Assembly: GCA_951406725.2 (NCBI GenBank)
Contig: OX597821.1
Location: 496,001 to 560,000 of the forward strand
Direction: 5' to 3'
Length of the DNA: 64,000 nucleotides
Source of the DNA: Octopus vulgaris
Taxonomy: Eukaryota
The notes beneath the pieces are model-generated. The model saw nothing but the letters and a program-made list of their open reading frames with translations. It did not search any database and was not told where the DNA came from. Made by a program: the position numbers and the translations under genes. Shown here one piece after another: positions 1-13,115 of this stretch; the first letter of the stretch is position 1, and each line of letters opens with the position of its first letter.

Positions 1-1851
1 CCGGGATGAATTTCAATTGCATAAGAATTAAGGTCGTACTTTTACTGAGAAAGAAAAAAAAAATGAAGCTTTGACTTCACAAATTCAAAAGAATACAATG
101 TTTTGTGATCCTTAATCTTAATCCTTTAACTGCGAAATTAAATTTCGTGGTTATTCCAGTGATGATGTTAAATATCTACCAAAAACTAGAATTGGTATTT
201 TCTGCCAGTCATGTAGCTGCAATAAACTTGAAATATCTCAAAAAAAAGTAGTTTCAAACATGGCATTCCTCAACAAAAGACAGGCTGCAATATAAAACTG
301 CTTTCTGCAGTTAAAGGCAATGAAATTTCAAGTGGATATCTGATTTTCACAGTAAAAACATTAAACTGATGCATCTTTTTTTTTAGCATTTTCATCAGAA
401 AATAGAATACATTTGAAATTCCACCTCCATGCAAAGGGCTTTTCATTTCCTCATATGTGAAGCTTTCTATGAGTAATTCATCAAACAGGTTCTTCACCAA
501 ATTCTATTTTATAATCTTACTCGTCTTAACATTTTCACTTTGTCTTATGATATTACAAATACTATGCTTGTCATTCTTGTTATTTCTATCCCTTTAAGCT
601 GGTTAATACAGGCACAGAATGTTAACTTGGATTAAATGTATTCAAGTTAAACAAGAATTCAGCCTAATTAAGACTTAAAGAGAACAACAAAAGGAATTAA
701 AGTATTGTAGTTAATTACATAATCATGACATCATATCATATAAAAACTGTCAATGACTTTTCTTCTGACATATCATAATTTATCAACACGCACACACACC
801 ACACATATATATTCATCTGCTTATATATATATTTAATTGAAAGTGACTCAAGGACCAAAAGTCAAAGTTGACCTCAGCAGGATAAAGAACAAATACTTAA
901 AGCCATCTTTTTTTTGTCTGATACTCTCATAATTTTACCGTTGATCATGTTTATATATATATAACTCACAAATTTGTTTTAGATATGTGTATGTGTGTGT
1001 GTGTGTGTGTGTGTACATCATCGCTATTAAGTTAAACTGTCGTATGTTCAAATTTGGCCAACTGAGTTTTTTTTTGTTCAATATTTATTTTTGCTTGCAA
1101 TAGCTGGTTCTTTTGGTCAAACTATCGCATCTCCAGCTACTTCAGATGCCAAGATATCAAAAATTGTCAAAGTGTAGTACAATGGTTTTGCTATGGAATG
1201 GTGAAACTAGTTCTTTGTTTTCTTAAAAAGCAACGTTTTGGACTTACGACACTTTTGCATAATAGCAACAACACACATACATACATACCTAAATACATAC
1301 ACACATACAGACAGAGTGCTCTAAAGATGTTAACCCATGTCGTGAGTATTGACTGGATGTTAGAATGTAACAACATTTTCCAAATAATGTATGTGTGTGT
1401 ATCAGTGAGATGAGCATGTGTATAAGAGTAGAATAGTGTGAGCATATGTGTATGTGTGAGACACTAATATATGCATGTGTGTGTGTGTGAATGTGTAGAA
1501 ATATATAGGGTGATGTGCTGTGCCCAGCATAGAAGTGCTTGCAACCTTCTTGCTTGCCACTCACTACAGCTGCCTAGGTAGGCCATGCAGCGTGGTGAAG
1601 TGGGAAGCAGCCTGGTGTGGGGATCATCCCAGCCAATACCAACCCTTTTCTTCCCCAAGACCTCCTGTTGGGCCTTCCTGCAGTCTTACACATAGCAATT
1701 GGCTCCCCTTTTGACCCAGGCTAACTTGGTAGGGGATCTTGGAGTATCAATGGGCCCCTGAGAAACAGTGTGCAGGCCAGCACTTGTGGATAAGTCCTGA
1801 TGTTTTATAAATCACTGCTCTGCTACCTTGTGGGTGAGTCCAGCAATCTAA

Positions 1852-2049
1852 CCCTTCAGCATTGAAAACTAGCCATGTCTGGCCCAAATATGCTGCTGGC
1901 TTTATGTTGGGACTGGCCATATTCAGCCTCTTACACCTACCCTGTAATGTCATTCTGAAAATAAATAATCGCATCATTGAAACTCATGGTTAACTCAAAA
2001 CAATGCAAATAAATAAACATTACATTGGATAGAATAATCTACTAAAGGG
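1852..2049. mobile_element. piggyBac-type MITE
   Basis: Termini CCCTTCAG...CTAAAGGG are inverted, flanked by CTAA (1848-1851) and TTAA (2050-2053), i.e. a degenerate TTAA target duplication; no ORF. Confidence 0.6.
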
Positions 2050-2415
2050 TTAAAAAGCTAAGGGAGTACAGCCTGAGAAATAAAATAATCAACACCCTGC
2101 GGTAGATTGCAGTCCTTTTGGGCTACTCTTATAATTGGGTCGATCTCCGTCTCAGTTAGTGATTTGGGGAAATGTGCAGAGCCAATGCCACTAGAGAGCT
2201 TCACTGCATAAATACTTTTTCTTCCAATGTGGACTATAGATTACAAAGCTCAGACGAAAACGCTATTGTTGCTGTAGTCAGAGTATCAAATGTCTCAGCT
2301 CTCACAAAAGGCTAACATTTCTATCAATATTACAGACAAAAAAGTAATATTTCGAATGCAGTAAAGCCATGAAAACAGCAGAAAGATTGGGTATTTTACT
2401 GTGTTTGAAATGTTA

Positions 2416-2654
2416 CTCTTTACTCTTTTACTTGTTTCAGTCATTTGACTGAGGCCATGCTGGAGCACCACCTTTAGTTGAGTAAATCGACCCCAGGACT
2501 TATTCTTTGTAAGCCTAGTACTTATTCTATCAGTCTCTTTTGCCGAACTGCTAAGTTACAGGGATGTAAACACACCAGTGTCGGTTGTCAAGCAATGCTG
2601 GGGGGACAAACACAGACACACAAACATATACATGCACACACACACACATATATA

Positions 2655-2694
<40 letters not shown>

Positions 2695-2800
2695 TACGAT
2701 GGCCTGAGGCAATAGTAGAAGACACTTGCCCAAGGTGCCACGTAGTGGGACTGAACCTGGAACCATGTGGTTGGTAAGAAAGCTACTTACCACACAGCCA
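2416..2800 (-). mobile_element. SINE family A (tRNA head, CORE-like block, internal TA/TG microsatellite), internally deleted
   Basis: Reverse complement of the family A copies at 4930, 8119, 55604 and 60484; GTAAAAGAG-type tail. Confidence 0.85.
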
Positions 2801-3126
2801 GTCTGTAAAATACAAAATACATTCAACGTTGCCAAAGCTTGTTTACAAAATGTTGTTGCACTTCTCCGACTCCTCATGTGTGAGGGTACATAGGAGGGGT
2901 AGCAGAGGTGGCTGCAGATAGTTTTCTGGTTGTTGCATAGCTGTATCCTGTCCTTTGTTGCTGTTGCTCTTTAAGAAGCACAGTTATTATTAAAGGATCC
3001 ACAGCTGAGGGAGAAGATGATCAACATCAAATATCACAGACAACCATAAATAAATTATGTATGTGTGTGTGTGTTTTGTAAGATTGTATGTGTGTGTATG
3101 TGATTCAGGTAGAGAGAGAGAGAGAG

Positions 3127-3160
<34 letters not shown>

Positions 3161-4008
3161 GAATGAATGAGCACTTATCAACATTCTGTCATCTGTTCAA
3201 GAAAACCTTTATTGTTATTTTTCCTTCACACCTTTCTTCCCTGGTCTCAGACCAATCACACTGACTTCACACCTCACTCACTCACCACTACCATCACTTA
3301 ACACCGCTACCACCACCACCACCACCACCACCACTGCTGCTGCTGCTACCACCGCCTTCACCACCACCACTGCTAGCTACTGCTATGAAAAACACCACAC
3401 AACACCAAAAGGTGTCACCCTCAGACAAGAGGAGCAAAACAGCTGCAGGACAGCAGTTTAGCAGCTGAGCTCTATTCTTCCATTCATCTGTCCAAGCTGT
3501 TTGTGTGTATGTATGTATGTACGTGTGGGTATATGAAAGTGTGCATGTGTGTGTGTGTGTGTATCAGGTATCAAGCCCTCAACTGGCATAGACAATGAAA
3601 AGTAAGAGGGCAAAGGAGAGAAAGAAGGGAAAAAGCAAAGTAGAACAGGATAAAACCTTATTATTACTGTGAGTGATCCAGAGCTTAGGTCAAAGTCTTA
3701 GAAAAGAGAAGTTTATTATTATTCTTATTGGTATTATTATTATTATTATTATTGCGGTTGTTGTTGTTGTTTAGCATTACCTTGATGTATTTTGTAAGAG
3801 TGATTTACAGCTTGGTACTTTTGTATGAACACCCAAGAGAGTTAGAGAGAGAAACTTCTAGTAACCCAACCTGGTTGCAGTCCAATGACTGAAACAAGTA
3901 AAAGATTAAAAAAAAGAAATGTTTGTGTGTATGTGCCCCAGTGTGGCCAGAAGTAACTTTATTATTATTACACATAGTCAAAGATAATCATTATTATCAT
4001 TATAATAA

Positions 4009-4462
4009 TCCTTTTTACTAAAGGTACAAGGTAAATCTTGGGGGAAGGAGACTAGTCAATAACATCGACCCCAGTATTCCACTAGTAAAAAAAAAAAGAA
4101 AAAAGGGTCGGCGAGGAGCTGGCGGAGTGGTTAGCACACCGGGTGGATTGCTTCGTGGTATTTCGTCTGCTGATATCTTCTGAGTTCAAATTCCACCGAG
4201 GTCGACTTTGCCTTTCATCCTTTCGGGGTTGATAAATTAAGTACCAGTTGTGCACTGGGGTCGATGTAAACATTTAATCCCTTTGTTGTCCTTGTTTGTC
4301 CCCTCTATATTCAGCCCCTTGTGGGCTGTAAAGAAATAACTAGTACTTAATTTATCAACCCCTGAAAGAATTGAAGGCAAAATCGACCTCAGCTGAATTT
4401 GAACTTTATATACCGCTGAAATATTTTGCCCAGCATGCTAAGAATTCTGCTAGCTTGATGCC
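4009..4462. mobile_element. Nested SINEs: family B copy (+, 4088-4338) inserted in an older family B copy (-)
   Basis: 7-bp target site duplication ACTAGTA at 4081-4087 and 4339-4345; the flanks join into one minus-strand family B copy. Confidence 0.75.
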
Positions 4463-4696
4463 CTGTGCCTAAGTTAGGAACCCTTCAGGTAGTGAGTTAG
4501 AGCATTGGAAAAGATGCTTTACTCTCTACATCCTGAGTTCAAATACCACTGAGATTAACATTGCTTTTCATCCTTTCAGGGTTGATCAAATAAGCACCAG
4601 TCAAGTATAGGGGTTGATGCTACAAAGCAGAACCCCTTCCCTCAAAATTAATGGCCTTGTTCCAGCTTCAGTCCCACTGTGTGGCACCTTGAACAA

Positions 4697-4910
4697 GGTG
4701 GTGAGCTGACAGGATCATTAGCATGCCAGGCAAAATGCTTAGATGCGTTTCACCCATCTTTATGTTCTGTGTTCAAATTCCATCAAGGTCCACTCTGCCT
4801 TTCCTCCTTTCAGGGTCGATCAAATGAGTACCAGTTGCATACTGGGGTTGATGTAATTAACTTATCCCCTCCTCTGAACTTGCTGGCCTTGTGCCAAAAT
4901 TTGAAATCAT
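4697..4910 (+). mobile_element. SINE family B, diverged
   Basis: GAGCTGACAGGATCATTAGC head, GTTCAAATTC B-box, CCTTT...GGGTCGAT...GTACCAG core, matching 23325 and 47491. Confidence 0.75.
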
Positions 4911-4929
4911 TATTGTCAACATCATCTTA

Positions 4930-5335
4930 GGTGCAGGAGTGGCTGTGTGGTAAGTAGCTTGCTTACAAACCACATGGTTCCAGGTTCATTCCCTCTGCGT
5001 GGCACCTTGGGCAAGTGTCTTCTACTATAGCCTTGGGCCGACCAAAGCCTTGTGAGTAGATTTGGTACATGGAAACTGAAAGAAGCCCATCGTATATATG
5101 TGTATATATATGTATGTGTGTGTATATGTCTGTGTGCCTGTGTTTGTCCCCCCCCCCCCCAACATCGCTTGATAACCGATGCTCGTGTTTACGTCTCCGT
5201 AACTTAGTGGTTTGGCAAAAGAGACTGATAGAATAAGTACTAGGCTTACAAAGAATAAGTCCTGGGGTCGATTTGCTCGACTAAAGGTGGTGCTCCAGCA
5301 TGGCCACAGTCAAATGACTGAAACAAGTAAAAGAA
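4930..5335 (+). mobile_element. SINE family A, full length
   Basis: GGTGCAGGAGTGGCTGTGTGGTAAG head (A box), GGTTCA B-box region, ACCTTGGGCAAGTG CORE-like motif, tail GACTGAAACAAGTAAAAGA. Confidence 0.9.
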
Positions 5336-5519
5336 TGATATCAGGTTAGGGTTTCACTGTGTTAAATCATGCATGTCTCTGTTCTTGAGACATGTGCAAT
5401 AAAGTTAGTTTCTTTTTGTGACTGGCTTACAGCTAATCCCCTATGTTAGGGAGTATGTTAGGGAGTATGTTAGGAAGCAGAACAGCTGTTTCTTCCTGTT
5501 TCTTTTTTTTTTTCTTTTT

Positions 5520-5870
5520 GTCATGCTGGGTGTCACAGAAGGGATGACAAGAGACTGAAACCATTTGCAATATGCTGAGCAGAGAAGACTCATTAAGCCA
5601 AGTGAAACCTTTATCATGGTCGTTGCCAGTGATGCCAAATGAAATCATAACCCTGGCCATTATGTGTAAATGGCACCTGTGCCAGTGACATGTAAAAAGC
5701 ACCCATTACATTCTTGGAGTGGCTGGCGTTAGGAAGGGCATCCAGCTGTAGAAACCAAACCAAATCAGACTGGAGCCCAGTGCAGCTCTCCAGCTGACCA
5801 GGTTTTCAGTCAAACCATCTAACCCATGCCAGCATGGAAAGTGGATGTTAAATGATAATGATGATGATGA
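5520..5870 (+). mobile_element. SINE family C (GGCGTTAGGAAGGGCATCCAG domain, (GAT)n tail)
   Basis: Shared 3' block AACCCATGCCAGCATGGAAA...GATGATGAT also at ~7.85, 41.8 and 56.8 kb and reversed at 17.6 and 59.6 kb; central motif resembles Nin/Deu-domain SINEs (from memory). Confidence 0.7.
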
Positions 5871-5924
5871 TATCGCTTTTGTATAACATCTAAATTACTG
5901 CTGTCTTGAATGTGTTTGCTAGAA

Positions 5925-6221
5925 AGCATGCTGGTACTAGTGATTAGAGTAGTGGACTTGAGTCGAGGGATCACGGGTTCGAATCTCAGACCGGGCGATA
6001 TGTGTGTTTATCAGCGAAACACCTAAGCTCCACACAGCTCTGGCAGAAGGTAACGGCAAATTTCTGCTGACTCTTTCGCGACAACTTTCTCTCACTCCTT
6101 CCTCCTGCATCTTGCAGCTCACCTGCGACGGACCGGCGTCCTGTCCAGGTGGGGAACCTATACGCCAAGGAAACTGGGAAACCAGCCTTTATGAGCCAGG
6201 CTGGCTCGAGAAGGAACAAAC
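5925..6221 (+). mobile_element. tRNA-headed SINE (family D)
   Basis: A box TGGTACTAGTGATTAG, B box GGTTCGAATCTC, core CCTGCGACGGACCGGCGTCCTGTCCAGG; a diverged reverse copy lies at ~49830-50060. Confidence 0.7.
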
Positions 6222-6946
6222 ATGCTGGGTCAGGTCTTTCACAGACGGTAATGCTAGGTTAATTCTCATTGTGTTGAGAAGGTCTTCCATAGATTGTGTG
6301 CTGGCTCATATGTCATTATGTTGTGATGATTTTCCATAGAATATAGGTTGGATTAAATGGATCATTCTGATAAGAGGGTCTTTCATAGGATGCATTAGGT
6401 GAGCATTGTCATTCTGTTGAGATTTTCAATAGAATGCAATACAAATACTGTGTTACTGTTGAGAAGGTCTTCCATAGCATGTGTACTGAGACACTACTGT
6501 TATTGTGCCTTATGTCTTCCATATCAAAATATGTGCTGTATCAGTTTTGTTATTGCTGAGAAGGTCTTCCATAGAATATTGCCCTGAGAAGGGTTTTTGT
6601 TCCATAAAATGTATGCAATACCAGGGATTTATTATCAATGTATGGGAGGGAGATGAGAGTAGGGTAAACTGAAGACCTACCATGAATGGAAAGCTTAATG
6701 CTTCAGCTCTGCCTGGAAGATTGGAACTGAAAGAGTTTATCTATCTGTCCTAAAACAGGTGTAAGAGGCTATTGAACAATCTGCGATGGTGTAATTCTTC
6801 CTTTGTGATTGTAACCCCTTCTCTGGTCCCTTTTGCAAGAATCCAGTCTTTGTGTTATATATATCAGGCTGTTATATATATCAGAATCTACAAACTTCTG
6901 GTACAAGTGTACTGAGGAGACTTTATTGTCCAAAACACACAGCTAA

Positions 6947-7326
6947 GTACAGGTGTGGCTGCCTGGTAAGAAGCTTGTTTCCAACCACATGGTTTCAGGT
7001 TCAGTAAATGTCTTCTACTATAACCTTGGGCTGACCAAGGCATTATGAGTGGATTTGGTAGATGGAAACTGAAAGAAGCCCGTTATATATCTACACCTAT
7101 ATACGTGCGTATATGTGTGTATCCTTGTGTTTGTTCCCTTGACTACTGCTTGACCAGTGTTTGTGTGTTTATGTCCCTGTAACTTAGCAGTTTGGCAAAA
7201 AAATCCAATAGAACAAGTACCAGGTTTTAAAAAATAATTACAGGATTTGACTTGCTCTACTAAACACTTCAAGGCAGTGCCCATGACTGGCCACAGTCCA
7301 ATGATTCAAATGAGTAAAGAATAAAA
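6947..7326 (+). mobile_element. SINE family A, diverged
   Basis: Alignable to family A head, centre and tail. Confidence 0.75.
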
Positions 7327-7451
7327 GGTGTGTGTGTGTGTGTGTGTGTGTGCATTTACATTTGTACTTCTCCAAAAACTGGAAGCAGTGGTGGCATGGT
7401 TGATATTTCCCCTATCAACAAACCATTCACAGACTTTGTACCTTCAAAGAA

Positions 7452-7882
7452 GGTGCATGGCTTCGTGGTTAGAGTATTTCGCTCATGATTGTAAGATTGT
7501 GAGTTCGATTTCTAGTGGCATGTTGTATCCTTGAATACAACACTTTACTTCATGTTGTTCCTGTCCACTCAGTTGGCAAAATGAGTTATTAAAAGGGCCA
7601 GCATTGCTACATTCTGTGTCACACTGAATCTCCCTGACAGCTATGTTAAGGGTATGTATGCCAGTGCCATGTAAAAAGCTCCCATGCTTGGCCTCATAGA
7701 AAACACCTGTGCCAGTCCTACATAAAAAGCATCCAGCACACACTGTAAAGTGGTTGGCATTAGGAAGGGCATCCAACCATAGAAACCATGCCAAATGAGA
7801 CTAGAGTCTGGTGGAGCTTGCCAGCTCCGGTCAAACTGTCCAGCCCATGCCAGCATGGAAAATGAATATGAAATGATGATGT
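7452..7882 (+). mobile_element. tRNA-headed SINE followed by family C 3' part
   Basis: TGGCTTCGTGGTTAG A box and GAGTTCGATTTC B box at ~7457-7512; family C block from ~7655. Confidence 0.6.
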
Positions 7883-8118
7883 CTGTTGAGTGCTCAACTA
7901 CTTGCACTTGCAGGCTGTTTGTTTGATTAGATCAACTGCAACATTCACTGTCACAATTGATGGATAGCCAGGCTTTCAAAGAGATGTGCAATAAGAGATC
8001 CCTTACTTGAAAATCAAATAAGGGTTAGCAACAAGAAGGGTGTCTGGTTGTAAAACAATGCTCCAATAATATACTCCTTTAACTCATGCTCACATGGGAA
8101 AACAGATGAATGAATATA

Positions 8119-8523
8119 GGTGCAGGAGTGGCTGTGTGGTAAATAGCTTGCTTACCAACCACATGGTTCTGGGTTCAGTCCCTCTGCATGTCACCTTGGG
8201 CAAGTGTCTTTTACTATAGCTTCAGGCCGACCAAAACCTTGTGAGTGGATTTGGTAGATGGAAACTGAAAGAAGCCTGTCGTATATATGTATATATCTAT
8301 ATGTGTGTGTGTGTGTTTGTGTGTCTGTGTTTATCCCCCAACATTGCTTTACAACCGATGCTGGTGTGTTTACGTCCCCATAATTTAGCGGTTCGTCAAA
8401 AGAGACCGATAGAATAAGTACTAGGCTTACAAAGAATAAGCCCTAAGGTCGATTTGCTCAACTAAAGGAGGTGCTCCAGCATGGCTGCAGTCAAATGACT
8501 GAAACAAGTAAAAAAGTAAAGAG
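8119..8523 (+). mobile_element. SINE family A, full length
   Basis: Near-identical organisation to 4930-5335. Confidence 0.9.
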
Positions 8524-9193
8524 TATAATTTATTACTTAATATTGCCATATGAATCATACTCACTTGCAAGTGACACTTAGATCTATACCCACACTGTGT
8601 TTGAAATAACAGATGGAAAAGTCATGGCTGGAAAGTTTTTTTACCATTTCTTAGTTGGATCTGAACTAACCATCATCTAAACAGCTCAAAGAAGTCTTGG
8701 ATACACTTTACCTGAATAAACCATTGGTTGGCTGGATCATAGCTAATCTGGGTTTAAGTAGTACAAGGAAGAACACGTTAGACTGTGTAGTCTTTGATAC
8801 ACTATGCCTGAATAGACCTAAGTCTACTGGTTCAGAGCTATGCTCAGTCTAAGCAGCATAAGGCCAGATGTTTAAATATCACAGTCTTTGATGCACCATG
8901 TCTCAATAGACTATAAGTCTGCTGGGTCAGAATTAACTTAGATCTAAGCAGCATAAAAAAGCACTTAGTCCTAGATACACTATGCCTGATTAAAAGACGG
9001 GATGGTCTGATCATATGCTTGCTGGATCAGTGTTCATCTGAGGTTACTACAACATAAAAACACACACTCATACACAAACACTTCATATCTCTAATTAATT
9101 TTTAGTCAATTTAATTTTTAAAATTCTTTCCCTTGTCTCTCCTGATAAGAACTGTCATTAATTACTAGCTAATAATTTTTCTTCTCTTTGCAG

Positions 9194-9267
9194 GTGTGAC
9201 TGCAATTAACGAAGACAAAAGAAACCAAAAATTTGACTGACTATATTTTAAGTATTCTAGTTTGCAT
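9194..9267 (+). other. Candidate spliced exon (non-coding or stop-containing)
   Basis: Branch-like CTAAT, polypyrimidine tract TTTTTCTTCTCTTTGCAG, donor CAT|GTAAGT at 9268; stops in all three frames. Confidence 0.4.
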
Positions 9268-9296
9268 GTAAGTATGTGTTCTTGATGCAGAATGCA

Positions 9297-9354
<58 letters not shown>

Positions 9355-10274
9355 GTGTTACTTGTTCTTGCCGAAGGGCTGTGACCATGCTGGGCAATAT
9401 AACATAACAGCCACATGTGTGCACATGGATAATTATTGAAAAAGTCTAATATAATGAAACAGAAGAGAAACTGCATGAGAAAGTGACAGAAATGGGGGAA
9501 AAGAGAGGGAAATGTATGTGTGTGGGTGGGGTGGGGGGGAGAGTTAGATGGAGAAAGGTGGGGGAGAGAGAAAGAGGGGGCATTACTGTAGTGATGTTGA
9601 AGCAAACCTTCTGACAGACAGAGAGACAGACAGACAAAAGGGATAGTTAAAATGGAGAGAAAGGAAGGAGAGGAAGGAGAAGAAGGCAGAAAGGGAGAGT
9701 GAAAACAAGACATGGTGGAAATGGTCATAGGGATATATAAGTGAGGAATGGTGAGAGGGAAGATGAAGTTGAAGGCTGGGTGAGAGTGACGACGACGATG
9801 ATGATGATGATGATGATGAAGAGGGGCAGGAGTGACGGGGGGGGGAGAAAAGACATGATGAGAAAGGAGAGAGAGAGAGGAGAAGAATGTCTGTAAGATG
9901 ATAATTTAAGATCTGTGTGTATGAGAGATGCTATGTTATTGATGAAGATGATGATGATGATGATGACGAAAGGGGGTAAGGGGAAGGTAAATAGGTAAAG
10001 GTAGGATGTGATGACAATGGTGAGGAGGAAGGGGAGGTTGAGAGTGGCAGGAAGAAGAGGAAAGCAATAGTTTAAGTTGGCAGAAAGAGACATGATGTGT
10101 ATGTGTGTATATATATATATGTGTATATATGTGTGCGTGCGTGTATAAATATGTGTATATATGTGTGCGTGCGAGTGTGTATATGCGTGTAAAGAAGCTG
10201 ACAGCAAAGGATGGTCATGTACTCTTAACAGTGAGGCCAAGCAGGCAGATTTATTGATTTCACACACACACAAC

Positions 10275-10685
10275 AGCAGCAGCAGCAGGAGTAGTAGTAG
10301 TAGTAGTAGTAGCAGTGGTGGTGGTGGTTTTGGTGATAATGGTGGCGGTGGTAGTAGTAACATTGAAGAGTGGTAATAGTGGTGGTGGGGGTGGCAGTGA
10401 TGATGGTGGTTGTGGTGAGAATAAATTGTAGTAGTTGTAGTATGAGGAGTAGTAGCAGTAGAGTAAGTAATGCTTGTGGCAGTCGTAGTAGTAGCAGTAA
10501 TAGTAGTCATAGTAGCAGCAGCAGTAGTAGTAGTTGTAGCAGCAATCATCATTGTAGTAGTAGTGGTGGTGGTGGTAGTCAAAGTAGCAGTTAGTAGTGG
10601 GGGTGGTGGTTGTAGTAACAATGGTATTAGTAGCAGAAGTAGTAGTAGTCACCATAGTAGTAGTAGATGTAGTAGTAGTAATCAC
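10275..10685. repeat. Compound trinucleotide microsatellite (AGT/AGC/GGT)
   Basis: Directly visible; source of the poly-T/V/S pseudo-ORFs. Confidence 0.9.
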
Positions 10686-10934
10686 AGCAGCATAAGCACC
10701 GGTGTATCTTTGTCAATGTAACGAAATGTTTTCCTATTTGTTGTCCCCTTGTGTCAAATAACCGAATATTTATAGAATCACAGCAGCAGCAGCAGCAGCA
10801 TAATCATCATCATCATCATCAGCAGCAGCAGTGGATTAATGTAATTACTGGAATATCACATTTCATTACATATCTTTATGTTCGCAGATCAAATCCAGTC
10901 TGGCTCAAGTTTAACTTCCATCCTCCTGGGACTC

Positions 10935-11000
<66 letters not shown>

Positions 11001-11566
11001 AGGTACCAGTTATTTGCAAGGAGTCTCATGGTCATTCAATCAATCGTTTATTATTCCCCTTTATTTCATCTCCCAACCACCCCCGCCTCATATTCATGTA
11101 AGGCCTATACTCTTAAGAAATCGGTAGAGCATCGAATGAAATGCCACCTGGCGTCATTTTGAAGATTTGTCGCAATCGTTTACCTTCCGAGTTCACATCC
11201 TGCTGGAGTCGAGTCGTGCGTTTCATCCTTCCTGGGCTCAATTTAAATTGACCAGATCCAGCCCACCCGCCCACCCCCTGCTTCCACCCCAAAAATGTGC
11301 AACCACGCTCCAGCATAGTAGTAGTAGTAGCAGCAGTCGGACAAAATTTGGTTGTAGCAGTGGCACCACTGCTACTGGTAGTAGTAATAGCATTAGTTGT
11401 TTGTTTTAGCAGCAGCAGCAGTAGTAGTAGTAGCAGTAGTAGCAGCAGCAGAATCGATCATAATAGATGCTAGCATCCATTCAAATGTAGCAGTAGTATT
11501 AACAGTAACTGCAATAGAAGACTCACCAGCAGCAGTAGGATCAGTCATAGCAGCAGCACCGGTGGC

Positions 11567-11605
<39 letters not shown>

Positions 11606-11691
11606 CGCCATCGTCGCTGTCGTCAACTAATGATATGCGCATTTGAAGTGACGTCAATCAGTTACACGAGCATATGTAGTTGAATGCATAT

Positions 11692-11734
<43 letters not shown>

Positions 11735-12670
11735 CATGTGCACACATACAGATGCATGCATCTATCCATGCATAAATCCATCCATATGTACATGCGCACG
11801 CATACTTGTGCATCAACATACATGCACAAAGAAAATTATATATATATGTATATATATATATATATAAATTTTATATATATATAATCATGCTTGCATAATC
11901 TGGCAAATGTACACACACATACATAGATACACACACACACACACACACACAACATAACCACCTTAACCACTTGCTTACACATACACACACACAAACGCAC
12001 ACACGCACAGAATGTAACCTTAATCTCATACATGTAAACACTCAAATACATACATACACAGAACTGCTGGGATGTTTCCATGGATTCAGACGGATAAAGA
12101 GTAAGGGAGGAGGAGTGGGAGGGGTGGTGTATAAAAGTCAGAGTGGGAGTGAAAGAGTAAGAGGGAGACAGAGAGAGAGAGAGAGAAAGACAGATAGCTG
12201 GGAGGAGGGGGAGAGGTAGAAGAATTTGTTAGATGGTATGAGTAAGACATACACCAAACACACACACACATATATATATATCTATATATATATACAGACA
12301 CAGACAGTCTCTCTCTCACACACACACACACACACATATATGAGTGTACAAAGTAGATGTATTGATGAGGGTGGTGGTGGAGGAGAATGAATTGGTAAGT
12401 ATTAGAGGGGGAGTGAAATTTTTTCTGTGTGTGTATGTGTGTGTGTGTGGCAAAAAAATAAAAGGAAAATGAAAGTAGAAAAAAATAAATAAAAAACACA
12501 TTGAAGGATGAGAGAAGGAAAGAGAAGGTAGGAGTGGATGAAATAATGGGGAGGGGGAAAGGGGTGTGAGAGGAGTAGAGATTTGTGAAGAAGTGTGAGA
12601 GGGAAAGGAAGAGATGAGATGGTTGGTGGTGGAGATTATTTGGCCAATGGCAAAACATAAAATACATCGT

Positions 12671-12709
<39 letters not shown>

Positions 12710-13079
12710 CTACATCATATTAGCACTGTTTTTAGAGTGAGATGGAGAGGAAGGGGAGTGGAGAGCAAGAAAAGTTGGAGGCAGCCGGAGATGGAGAGTG
12801 GAATGGGGACGGAAAGAGGGAGAGAGTGAGTGGGAGAGAAGGGAGAGGAGAGAGACAAAATGACAGAGAATTATACAAAGAGAGAGGGGGGAAGAGGATA
12901 AGAGAGCAAGATGAAAGACTAGAAGACTGAAGAAGGAAAGTGGAGAAGTGGAGTGGAGGGGGTGTGTGCCTTAAGACAAGTTGGGAAAAGAAAAAGGGTG
13001 AGATTTCAGAGTTATATACATTTGTGTGTGTGTGTGTGTATGTAAGAGATTGAGAGACAGAGACAAATAGACAAGTGGT

Positions 13080-13115
<36 letters not shown>

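Noticed and set aside
1-500. Coding-like AT-rich sequence with scattered CxxC motifs (76-aa ORF)
   Set aside because: Stops in every frame and no recognisable family; possibly an old transposon fragment, but unsupported.
5443-5474. TTAGGG-containing 12-bp repeat
   Set aside because: Under three units; not an interstitial telomere array.
5931-6000. tRNA gene
   Set aside because: A and B boxes are present, but there is no convincing cloverleaf and it continues into a SINE body.
9725-10721. ORFs up to 298 aa (also 23828-24426, 30601-31512, 44949-45649, 53288-54130)
   Set aside because: Translations of di-, tri- and tetranucleotide repeats; no domain content.
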